Assembly (NCBI GenBank): GCA_051294905.1
Contig: CM119374.1
Coordinates: forward strand, 17,856,001-17,920,000
Reading direction: 5' to 3'
Length of the DNA: 64,000 nucleotides
From: Botryllus schlosseri
Lineage: Eukaryota
A program made the position numbers and the translations under genes. Under the pieces are notes generated by a model, which saw only the letters and a program-made list of their open reading frames with translations, was not told where the DNA came from and ran no database searches. Below are positions 16,201-26,929 of this stretch, piece after piece (positions within the stretch are counted from its first letter, which is position 1; every line of letters starts with the position of its first letter).

Positions 16201-16616
16201 ATAAGACGATATGGTCCTTGATATTTCGGTGCGTGAACAACTGAACATGAACAACAACGAATATCATTAGACTCAATTCTGTGAATTATGCGTATTTTTA
16301 TTATTGTTTTATTCTGATATTTTTTATGAGCAGCAGTTGTGGTCCTGCACGTAGTTTTAGGCTACTCGTATCCCGGTCTACATAAACCTGTAGTTTATAG
16401 CTCAAGTATTTTTATCACATAACAGGACATCAGAAGGGCCGGGACGCTGACCCAAAGCTTTTTATGCCGATATTGAGCAACCAAAAATTACCGCAAACCG
16501 TCATCGCATTTTTCCGTTTCGGCGTCCCACACGAGGCAAACCGGTTGGATCGAGATACAAAGGAAAATTCCCTGGACAAACACGAATTGGAGCCTTTGAA
16601 AGACGAACTGATATAA
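1216..16616 (+). CDS. SLC5A8-like: Sodium:solute symporter, SLC5A8/SLC5A12/NIS-like, 13 exons, ~612 aa
   Basis: Phase-consistent GT-AG exons 1216-1273, 3373-3476, 4257-4445, 4692-4757, 4821-4940, 6489-6643, 6720-6863, 10654-10875, 12378-12490, 12554-12711, 15175-15389, 15462-15565, 16426-16616 sum to 1839 nt. Family motifs: DYATFG, YFFGGKEM, GGMNAVVWTDVVQ, GCDP, PGLAGAFVAAVFSGSLSTLSSGLN. The exact paralogue cannot be assigned. Confidence 0.93.
5487..5874. mobile_element. hAT-type MITE, family A copy 2 (SLC5 intron 5)
   Basis: Same TIR and interior as 513-940; flanks GTGCAAGT/GTGCGAGT (7/8). Confidence 0.88.
7129..7161. repeat. (TA)n microsatellite
   Basis: Run of TA dinucleotides with minor interruptions. 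Confidence 0.9.
7193..9729. mobile_element. Non-autonomous hAT-type element (2.5 kb) with GTAATC subterminal repeats
   Basis: TIR CAGACATGGGG...CCCCATGTCTG; perfect 8-bp TSD CTTCCGAT; clusters of GTAATC/GATTAC at both ends. Confidence 0.9.
8284..8549 (-). mobile_element. tRNA-derived SINE, family 1 copy 1
   Basis: Minus-strand head GGCGAGATAGCGCAGTGGT (A box) and GGGTCCGACTCC (B box-like); homologous to 37597-37878. Left boundary approximate. Confidence 0.8.
12978..13172. mobile_element. hAT-type MITE (195 bp)
   Basis: TIR CAATGTTCCCTCTAA...TTAGAGGGAACATTG; perfect TSD GGTTGAAG. Confidence 0.92.
13205..14671. mobile_element. hAT-type non-autonomous element with nested fragments
   Basis: TIR TAGGG(G/A)TGGTGTGAAC...GTTCACACCATCCCTA; flanks GTTCAAAC/GTTCTAAC (7/8); GTGAAC repeats at the right end; another hAT end (CAGGCCTGGGCAA) nested at 13229. 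Confidence 0.8.
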
Positions 16617-18874
16617 GCCATAAGACATGATAAATGACTTCACCTTTATTATAGGCCTATATAGGTAGGCTAATTCGCATATAGGCTACCAGGACTCAGC
16701 ATTCATTTTATCATCCAAGAAATACCCCAACGGAAGAAGAGTTAGAGGGAAATGTATAAAACTCAATTGTTGTCACCTCTAAACATAAATCATATAAAAT
16801 TATATGGTGGGATATATCTATTAAAAGTATGGAATAGTCGGCTTATCGACTGAAATCCTTGGATTTTCGTTCAAATAAAGGAGATGTATAGAGAAAGACT
16901 CGGTAGTCCAGAGAGCCCCTGGCGTCTTATTCTATGTTATGCAACATAGCCATGCGTTACGCACACCGTATAGTACAGTATACAACGTACAGTAACACCA
17001 TACTGTCATATATGACCAGTTGACCACGTAGGCCTACTTTGTGTGTTTTGTCCCAGTGGCGGCTCGTGACAATATCGGGTGGTGGGGCAAGGGCTGCGAG
17101 CGACTTTTATCAACATTTCGTCACAATGGCGTTTTCCAACGTAAAAAAGTAACTTTATGATGGTCACATGAATTTCCCGACAACAGTGATTTTAACGTAG
17201 GTGCCGCGAGAAGTTTGCCGGTGAGCCGTGACTTGAAGTGTGGTAACAAATGTTTTATTCATTTATTTTTAATCAAAGGATTATTTTACAAATTGTACGT
17301 GAACTAAGAATCGTCCCTATGCCACGAATCAAGTATCAGGTCATCCTTAGTAGCATGCGTTTTGATTTCATGGTAGAGTTATAGATTACGCAAATCGATA
17401 GACCCTAAAATCCGACCGTCACCCCAAATTCGAAATCCGGATCCAGTCCGGCCAGGTAAAAAAACATTGAAATCCTGCTCCTGCTCCTGAACCGGACTGT
17501 GGCCATCTCTGGTTACGACCAGGTGATAATAGGCAACCAAAGCGGAGGCACCCGGCGTACGATTGGATCGATAGACTGGACAACTTCTAGACCTCTCATT
17601 TTCGCTCTAAAGGCAACTGCGTAAACTACGTACGGAATAAAGATTAAATACGATTCATGTTCGCACTTGACTTGACCTGACTAATTCCAACGACTAGAAC
17701 TCGAGAGATTGCGTAAGCCTAACTGGAAAGGTCAACGAGTTCGGACACATACGCAATTGTTATCTCATAGATTGGGCCTGTCAATATGGGCTCGAAAGTC
17801 ACGTGACTTTTCAGCATAGCAACCACCGTCTGGGGCCAAGCGCGTTTCTGGTATCATCTTCTCTGCGACAGTAATGCATTTGTATGTCGCAATTTCTGCT
17901 ACTGCCCTGGTCTTTGCTGTCACATTTTGTGTTTGTGTTACAGGATTGATTTTTTTTTTCGTGCAGATAGATGACAATGTGTAGTATTCAATTAACATGA
18001 TGGAGTATAGAGCAGTTTAAGATAGCCTATGTCAAACAAGTAATTCCAAGGTTTAGTACTTTCATCTGGACCTACTAACTATTCATCGTATGGCTGCAGC
18101 ATTATTATGCTTCAAGTGTATACTTATCGACACCGAGACAGTGATCAGTCAACATCGGAGATTAGTAATATTGTAACATTACCGTACCGTGTTAAATTTG
18201 ATTTCAGATGGATTTGGTTAAGCTACTTTTACGATTTGCGAGTTCTTCAAAAATGATCCGAATCTGGTCAAAAGAAGTCAAAATGATTTAGACAACGACC
18301 ATCCAACATCAGCAATGTATGGTGGAGATGGCAGTGAATTGGGAAACAGTCAGTTCAGCCATGAGTATAATGAAAGTTTATGACGTGGAGGTTGGTAATT
18401 GCAAAATTACCTGAAAGATTGGGGAAGCGTTGGATTTGAGTTCGAATCCCACTTGACGCAAGTGGGTCGGAGCCTTATCTGGACTCCCCACTGCTTACCT
18501 AACTACATGAGCAGCGTCATGTAATCAAGCCCAGATGGCTAAGTAAAGCCAATGAGGCTCTAAAATCGGCATCACTGACGAGGACATATGAAAGCAAGCA
18601 AGAGAAGAAAGATGGTCAACGAATGGGTGACAGGAACTCAGAAAAAGCTTATCAAAAAGCAAAGAGACCCTTGAACTTGAAAGCATTTATTTTGTGGTGC
18701 AAACAGACGATCATCATCATCATTGGTTTATTACCAATTTTATCAGTTCGATACACCACAAAATGCGATACAATGAAAAGACAGGAAGATGTCGAAGCGA
18801 CTGGGAGTAGTATATGGAATCAGGACACTTATCTTGACCTAGGCGATGTAAAGAGGAGGCATGCACATGCACAC

Positions 18875-19542
18875 TAGGGCTTTTCAGAAATGACTTTTTT
18901 TCTCAAATCGTACTGGGACTACTGGCTACTTGATAAAATTGTTAGGGTTACTTAATTTAGGCCTACACACAAAATTTGGTTCAATTCCAGCCAGTAACCG
19001 CTTTGGTACAGAAGTAAGTTTCTATTTATTATTTTAAATAAATAATAAAAAATTCGAAAATTTTCTGTTCACCCCGTGAAAGTGTTAGGCTGTCTATAGA
19101 AACGATGCTCACCAAATTTGATTCAATCCCAACCAGCGGAAGCGGAATTATCGCCGTCGAAAAATTTGGATTTGAATAAAATAGTATTTACGGTGAGCAC
19201 AACTATAATAAATAAACAAAGAATCGGTCACCGTAAATACTATTTTATTCAAATCCAAACTTTTCGACGGCAATAACTCCGCTTCCACTAATTAGAATTG
19301 AACCAAATTTGGTGAGCATCGTTTCTATAGACAGCCTAACGCTTTTATGGGGTGAACAGAAAATTTTCAAAATTTTTATTATTTATTTTTCCATTATAAA
19401 TAGAAACTTTCTTCTCCTGTAGCAAAGCGGTTACTGGCTGGAATTGAACCAAATTTTGTGTGTAGGCTTTAATTAGGTAACCTAACAATTTTATCAAGTA
19501 GCCAGTACGATTTGAGAAAAAAGTCATTTTTGTAGAGCCCTA
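18875..19542. mobile_element. Almost fully palindromic hAT-type MITE (668 bp)
   Basis: Starts TAGGGC, ends GCCCTA; ~320-bp arms around a ~30-bp spacer near 19197-19227; perfect TSD ATGCACAC. Confidence 0.93.
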
Positions 19543-19791
19543 ATGCACACTGAATGAAAGTGAAGAAGATAGCATTTCCACCTTTTCAGAGTACTATGTA
19601 ATATTGCATACTTGCCGGAGTGTTATATTTTTTAAAGTAGTTTTAGGACATGTTTGCGGCACTTTTGTGATGTGTGTATTGATAGATATCAAGTGTCCCT
19701 ATTCTACCAAATCAAGATCATTAATAGACTTGAGCGTTTATGAAGAAAGTCTTCATTTTGAAATGAGTCGGTCATCGGTGATACTATAGTA

Positions 19792-20461
19792 CAGGGCCGG
19801 CCAACCCGTGGCCCGCGGGCCACATGTGGCCCGCGAGAAGGTTTTGAGTGGCCCGCGAAGTAATTTCCGAAATTTCTAATATCAAAAATGGATTGCATAG
19901 ATTGTGAAATTGCAAGGCAAACCAAAAATTTGATTAGTTTGGCCGCAACACTTGAGATGTGATGACTAGAATATCAGTTCCGACGCATTGACAGATCCAT
20001 CAGCCAGTCACATATTGGTATATCTTCGTACACTACAATAAAGCAGAATAATTTGCGATAGATTTATCAAAAGTAAAAATCTTCTGCAAGCTTAGCGCAA
20101 CATGTTGTCACTCGATTCCTTGTTTTTTAATATTGTTGCCCTTTTTGTGAAAATGGAAGAACGCCTGATGTATCAGATTGAGTCCAACTATATTCGCGAT
20201 TACGAGACAAAGTGTCGTTCAACATATGCGACCTGCGTTTGCGCTCGCAGTAAGATCGTTGGATATGGAACCTAGGGACGGAAAGGTTGACGCATGTTGG
20301 TCGCAGCTTTCGATACCGATATGTCCATGCGCCGAATAGCCCATTTCTCGCAAACTTAGCCCAGCGATATACGACAGGCTCGCAATATAGTCAAGTGACA
20401 ATATTATTGACCTATGAACAATCGAATGTGGCCCTTTGGCTGAAAAGGTTGGCCGGCCCTG
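19792..20461. mobile_element. hAT (Buster/Charlie-like) MITE, 670 bp
   Basis: TIR CAGGGCCGGCCAACC...GGTTGGCCGGCCCTG; perfect TSD CTATAGTA; GGCCCGCG subterminal motifs. Confidence 0.92.
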
Positions 20462-20869
20462 CTATAGTACTTGCCCAGCATCACAAGTACTTTGACAAGT
20501 GCAGGGCAGCTTGTGCACTGCATACTCAAAACTTATGCCATTTAATTGTTTTGGACCCGACGATTACCTCAAGATTCTGAATAGAAGAACTACCTAATTC
20601 TGATATTATAATATTTCCACAACAATACTTTCTTGATCTTGCATACTCTCGCTTGATTTTACAAAATTCTAAGAGTGCTGACGAAATCAATAACTGGCGA
20701 ATAAATTCGACAAATTCACAACTTGAGAATGTATTTCCTTTGTACCGAGAATGAAACAAATAGAATGTAGGTATTGGTCACAGATTAGGTATTCCTGATT
20801 AATGTTGCCAACTTACCATAGACGGATGCAATTTTGACTCAAGCTATACACTGCTACTGTGGAGGTAGT

Positions 20870-21560
20870 CTTAAACTGACGACTCACTTAAACACACAGA
20901 GTTGGCTTGAAAATGGGCAGCCATAAGCAATACAATTGATAGGACTGTGTTGGTATATTGAAATTGACGAGAATAACAGCAAGCAACATAACTGTGAGTA
21001 CTCCATGGGAATCTGTAGTTATTGCGTTTCTGCATCGCGTCGACGTAAGTATTTCCCATTGACAAGCCAAGATCCTGAACGGCGTTTGTGTAAATTTAGG
21101 GTGCTCTGGCCCTGAGAACGACGGTAAGGGATACCAGTGTTGTTGGGTCCGTATGGTTACGAGGCTGGTCTCACACAAATGACCTACTGGTGGCATTGGT
21201 GTACCATATGTCGACAACAATGTCAGTTCCTTCCCAGCGTTTTGGGTGGATTTCTTCCAAGTTCAGGAAGTATATGTGGTCCCGACTTTTAAGGCCGGAA
21301 GCGTCTCCAAGTGTTCGCTCCACCTCCCTACGGTGACGTCATTTTATAGACAGTTGAGCTGCATTTTCTCACCGTTCAAGGGGTAAATAGCGTGTGTGTG
21401 CTTCTCGTTCTTGCGATAAAGGAGATGGTGTCTTCTGGAGAGCAGTTTTTGGCAGAGATACCGATTGCATCATACAAAATGCCTGGATCAGAGATGCCCC
21501 GGATATGGTTTACATATAGCGCACAGTGCAACTTCACTAGCACAGCAATCAGGTACAGAT
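20870..21560 (-). pseudogene. Ty3/Gypsy integrase C-terminal remnant
   Basis: Frameshifted minus-strand reading RWSEHLETLPALKVGDHIYFLN...HPKRWEGTDIVVDI...LVTIRTQQH resembles the recalled Gypsy integrase tail (RWSEHT..L..L.VGD.V.IQN..P.RW..TG.VV..R.T.RNR). Boundaries approximate. Confidence 0.55.
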
Positions 21561-22019
21561 TAGTGAGACTAGCATCAATGTTTGCATTGATTTGTTAAAC
21601 ATCTGAAAGTAGGTATCTATAAAGAGAATAAAATGGTTATGAATTAGCCTACCCTCTGATTTTTGTTCAAGAAATTTGTGTAAATTTTGTATAGGGCAAT
21701 GCAAAAGCTACTGAAGGTAGAAAATTTTAAATTTGGCTAAACTAGCCCAATTTGTTATACATTTTTTTGAAAACTCAACCATTTCATGGCGTAGCCAGTA
21801 AAATTCTATAAAACTATTTTATTTTTTCAATAATTTTTTTTTTGAAGAATCTGATAACTTCACTTCTGCATGTTGGAATTGAGCCAAATCTAGTGTGCAA
21901 CCTTTCTTCGAGCCAACCTAACAATTTTGTTCATGAGACAGTGAAATTTGAAAAAAAAGTTGTTTTTGAACAACATTGATGTATAGAAACTTGATCAAAA
22001 TTTAAAAAAAAACATTGGC

Positions 22020-22690
22020 TACAGTGCCAGTACTAAATTATACGAAGTAGTGTCACGAGTAACAGCAAGACCTGGTCTTCCATTAAAAGAATCTTTACAT
22101 TCCAGAGTTAGAATGATACCAAATTTTAAATCACTGCATCATCACAAAAACCAAGTCGAAAGTACGGTACTCTTGTCCTTGTCCGGCAATAGCAGTCTTC
22201 TCAGCACTATCCTTGAAACAATCAATAACTTCCTTCTGATTGGCATGGTTCAACATAAATTTGGCTGACCGAAATTCTTGATTATCTTTTTCGATAAATG
22301 GCACAGATATCTTAATAGCTAACCGGTGCCTGCAGTTGATGCATCTATTCTTAGGACAATTTTACTATATAAACACTTTAATAAAAATCTAATAATTGTG
22401 GGTTATCTTAAATCATTTGCTATTGAAGCTGACTTGATTACGCTGTCTTGGGGCACACAAAATACCGGTGTGACATTTGATACCACCAAACAAACAAGTC
22501 AACATAGATCAAATGTTAATTATATTTATCATTCTATCTAGCCTTATTAATTTCAGTCACCTTCCTGTCGTTTTCTGGCAATTTAGAAGTCGATGGAAAG
22601 ACTATTCCGAATTGTTTTCTCATCCATTATAACAAATTGGCACGTTATACCCTGGCATTTTGCGCGGCTGCAAAACAACATAAACCTACC
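22020..22690 (-). pseudogene. THAP-domain transposase N-terminal remnant
   Basis: Minus-strand MPGYNVPICYNG*ENNSE*SFHRLLNC...*LKLIR resembles a decayed THAP zinc finger; position fits the transposase of the 17769-29343 element. Confidence 0.4.
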
Positions 22691-23104
22691 TAGTTGGTGT
22701 CTAAAAGTCCTGAAACTAGCTAATAAGTCATAGAAGATAACATAAAACCCAGAACTGTACTTCAAACAACCTCACTGAGACAGAAAATACGATTTGAAAA
22801 CAGACCAATAACGCAAATTAACCACTGTGATTCTAATAGAATTCTCGGGAATTATATATGTTCATGTGAAACACAAAAAATAGCAGGGGCATCATGGTAT
22901 TTTTCAGTTTATAATTTTTACCGGAATTCCAAAAACCACTTGCCAGATTTTACAATATTTATTTTGTGACAGGTTATCGGGATACCTGATCAAGAATGCG
23001 ACTCAATCAGTAAACACAGGTGCCCAACTGTAACACAGATTTGCAATAAAAATGGTTTGAAATAACTTAGGAATAGGAACAGACCAGAATCACAACCAGC
23101 TCAA

Positions 23105-25165
23105 TGAAATATCGCGTTGATCAATACATAGACACACTTGAATTTCCGACAAAATCGATACATATATAATTGAAGAATTACCCATGTTGGGACCCTAAAG
23201 AAAGATATTCAACCGCATCAGTGGACGTAAGTACCCCTAATAAAAAATTATTGACGATCATTAAGCTTCGGAATGACAAAGGAACAGAACAGAATCCGAA
23301 TGAATTCGGTGGAATATCACCTCGTTCAATACTTAGACACACTTGAATTACCGACAAAATCGATACATATATAATTGGAGAATTACCCATGTTGGGACCC
23401 TAGAGGAAGATATTCAACCGCATCAGTGGACGTAAGTACCCCTAATAAAGAATTACTGACGATCATTAAGCTTTGGAATGACAAAGGAACAGAACAGAAT
23501 TCGAATGAATTCGGTGGAATATCACCTCGTTCAATACATAAACACACTTGAAATCCCGACGAAATCGATACATATATAATTGAAGAATTACCCATGCTGG
23601 GACCCTAAAGGAAGATATTCAACCCCATCAGTGGACGTAAGTACCCCTAATGAAGAGTTATTGACAAACAATAAGCTTCGGAATAACTCAGGAACAGAAC
23701 AGAATCCAATCGAATTCGGTGGAATATCGCGTCGTTCAATTCAAAGATACACTTGAATTTCTGACAAAATCGGCACATATATAATTGAAGAATTACCCAT
23801 GCTGGGACCCTGAAGGAAGATATTCAACCCCATCAGTGGACGTAAGTACCCCTAATGAAGAGTTATTGACAAACAATAAGCTTCGGAATAACTCAGGAAC
23901 AGAACAGAATCCAATCGAATTCGTTGGAATATCGCGTCGTTCAATCCAAAGATACACTTGAATTTCTGACAAAATCGGCACATATATAATTGAAGAATTA
24001 CCCATGCTGGGACCCTAAAGGAAGATATTCAACCCCATCAGTGGACGTAAGTACCCCTAATAAAGAATTATTGACGATCATTAAGCTTCGGAATGACAAA
24101 GGAACAGAACAGAATTCGAATGAATTCGGTGGAATATCACCTCGTTCAATACTTAGACACACTTGAATTACCGACAAAATCGATACATATATAATTGGAG
24201 AATTACCCATGTTGGGACTCTAGAGGAAGATATTCAACCCCATCAGTGGACGTAAGTACCCCTAATGAAGAGTTATTGACAAACAATAAGCTTCGGAATA
24301 ACTCAGGAACAGAACAGAATCCAATCGAATTCGGTGGAATATCGCGTCGTTCAATCCAAAGATACACTTGAATTTCTGACAAAATCGGCACATATATAAT
24401 TGAAGAATTACCCATGCTGGGACCCTAAAGGAAGATATTCAACCCCATCAGTGGACGTAAGTACCCGTAATAAAGAATTATTGACGATCATTAAGCTTCG
24501 GAATGACAAAGGAACAGAACAGAATTCGAATGAATTCGGTGGAATATCACCTCGTTCAATACATAAACACACTTGAAATCCCGACGAAATCGATACATAT
24601 ATAATTGAAGAATTACCCATGCTGGGACTCTAAAGGAAGATATTCAACCCCATCAGGGGACGTAAGTACCCCTAATGAAGAGTTATTGACAAACAATAAG
24701 CTTCGGAATAACTCAGGAACAGAACAGAATCCAATCGAATTCGGTGGAATATCGCGTCGTTCAATCCAAAGATACACTTGAATTTCTGACAAAATCGGCA
24801 CATATATAATTGAAGAATTACCCATGCTGGGACCCTAAAGGAAGATATTCAACCCCATCAGTGGACGTAAGTACCCCTAATGAAGAGTTATTGACAAACA
24901 ATAAGCTTCGGAATAACTCAGGAACAGAACAGAATCCAATCGAATTCGGTGGAATATCGCGTCGTTTAATCCATAGATACACTTGAATTTCTGACAAAAT
25001 CGGCACATATATAATTAAAGAATTACCCATGTTGGGACCCTAAAGGACGATGTTCAACCCTATCAGTGGACGTAAGTACCCCTAATAAAGAATTATTGAC
25101 GATCATCAAGCTTCGGAATTACTCAGGAGCAGAACAGAATCCGATCGAATTCGGTGGAATATCCC
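23105..25165 (+). repeat. Tandem array of ~10 x 205-bp units (left arm)
   Basis: AATTACCCATG recurs every 205 bp (about 23177-25022); the ORF track repeats at 205-bp spacing. Confidence 0.97.
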
Positions 25166-25415
25166 GTTAGTCAATATAATAATACTTCAAGTTACTCCTA
25201 CACCGTGATATGTACAATTCATTTATGTTGTTGTACATGATAACTAACCAAATTGGCGCCGGCTTTGCATCGAACACAATTTCCTTTTTAAAACAGTTCC
25301 AAGAATATATAGTCTACTAGTTAGAGTATAGCGAAAAGTAACGATATAGCGTGTGAAATTGTGTTTTCAAATGTATAGGTGGAGGGGGGTATATTCAGTT
25401 TATTTTCGTCTACTC

Positions 25416-25784
25416 CAGTGGTTCCCAACGTGGGCGATTTGGCGGTCTAGGGGGGTGAAAATGACGAAGAGGGCGATAGGGGGGCGAAAATGGGAAAATG
25501 GACAAAGGGGGCGACAGGGCGAGAAAATAACGAAGGAGGAGATAGGGGTGCGATGACGCGTCAAAACGGATGACCTTTTTTTTCTTCATTTAGTCAACCC
25601 ACGGTAATTTCGTTACAAAAGTGTGTCAAATTAGACATCGAGCCGAAAATTTGACCTTTTTTTAGTCAACCCGCCGGTGATTACAGTTTGTATGCCCAAT
25701 TTTCGGTAAACAAAATTTGGGGGGCGATGATCGGTGTTGACCTTGAAAAGGGGGCGATGGGTCGAAAAAGGTTGGGAACCACTG
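25416..25784. mobile_element. hAT (Buster-like) MITE inside the foldback spacer
   Basis: TIR CAGTGGTTCCCAAC...GTTGGGAACCACTG; perfect TSD GTCTACTC. Confidence 0.93.
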
Positions 25785-26048
25785 GTCTACTCCTTCGGTA
25801 TAATTTACCAATGTAGATGAGCAGGCACCGTTGGTTGGATCACTAGACACCATTCTATCTAGGATTTCAGAAAACTTTGAAATATAGTCGCTCTTATGAT
25901 CAAGTATAGTGCGGCGCGGATGGACAACTACTCTGATATCTTGTCTTTTCAATTCGCTGGCCCTACTTCGGTCCAACTCTAAGGTCGGATTCTTGAAATG
26001 ACCGTGATCCTGTCGTAAAACCCCGATATTATTCATTTACTCACACGG

Positions 26049-26240
26049 CAGTGTTGGGATCAGGTCACTACCTTCGAGTCACGAGTCATCTCGAGTCATT
26101 GCACATTTTGACTCGAGTCAAATTAAGTCAATCGATTTTCGAAGGTGACTTTAGTCAAGTCAAGTCACTCATTTTTTGGAGGTGGCTTGAGTCGAATCAA
26201 GTCGAATCAAGTTAAGTCACGAGAAAAGTCGCAATTCAAC
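26049..26240. mobile_element. Fragment of a GACTCGAGTC-rich MITE family
   Basis: Starts CAGTGTTGGG; dense GAGTC/GACTC repeats as in other copies in the window. Right end not found. Confidence 0.6.
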
Positions 26241-26929
26241 TCAAATTGAATTTTCGAAGTATGAGTGATAATTCATAGTCATTAGCATCACTCGTTGCGT
26301 GAAAGACAGCTAGATTAATTGAATTAAATTTGATTGAATCAAACAACGAATATAAATTTAAATACCTGAGTAACCGTGTAGCTGAATGCTACAGTCTGGT
26401 AGTATCAGCAGATCTAGGCAGTGGTTCTCAACCTTTTTGTCTCCGCGGACCCCCTTGAACCTGTCACAGACCCCCGCGGACCCCCAAGTTTTAGATCGGA
26501 TTTAGCTCGATTATCGAGTAACCGTTATCTGCCTTGCCTGCAAATATCGACCTTATGCTATAGGGATCAAGCAACCAGAATGCTAACATTCCCAACGGAT
26601 TGTCTGATAGCATGCAAGGTTATAGTTGTTGAAGAGAGATTTCTAAAATATGAAATCTGAAGTTTTAAGCAGAACAATAACTACCAATGGCATGTATATC
26701 GCGCGAAGCGTTCAAAAAATTTCAGTTCAGTGCAGCTTTGCGCCCCACTTCAGATGCTTTCACCTATCCTAGTTTGAGAACCAAAACAGATGAATGTGGA
26801 GGATTGCAAATACTACGATATCACCGTACTCGAATTTGCACAGCCCTAGTGATATCATACTTTGACAGAGCGACGCGTTCTCTCTTAAATTCTGCTGATC
26901 ATGTGGTAATTGAACGAGAGGACGCGCGT

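Larger units (their letters stand above)
18208..20680 (+). pseudogene. ISL2EU ORF2 remnant (YqaJ/lambda-exonuclease-like, with SWIM-type N-terminus)
   Basis: EFFKNDPNLVKR and SAMSIMKVYDVEV near 18240-18395; LIDIKCPYS in ORF 19604-19789; frameshifted HHKYF.QVQG..CHLIV at about 20475-20560. Split by two MITEs. Confidence 0.6.

Noticed and set aside
18386-18570. Third SINE with B box GAGTTCGAATCCC
   Set aside because: The A box overlaps the ISL2EU ORF2 remnant, and no TSD or second copy was found, so support is too weak to call.
20871-21560. Novel GPI-anchored or viral glycoprotein pseudogene
   Set aside because: Frameshift-aware reading fits a Gypsy integrase C-terminus better.
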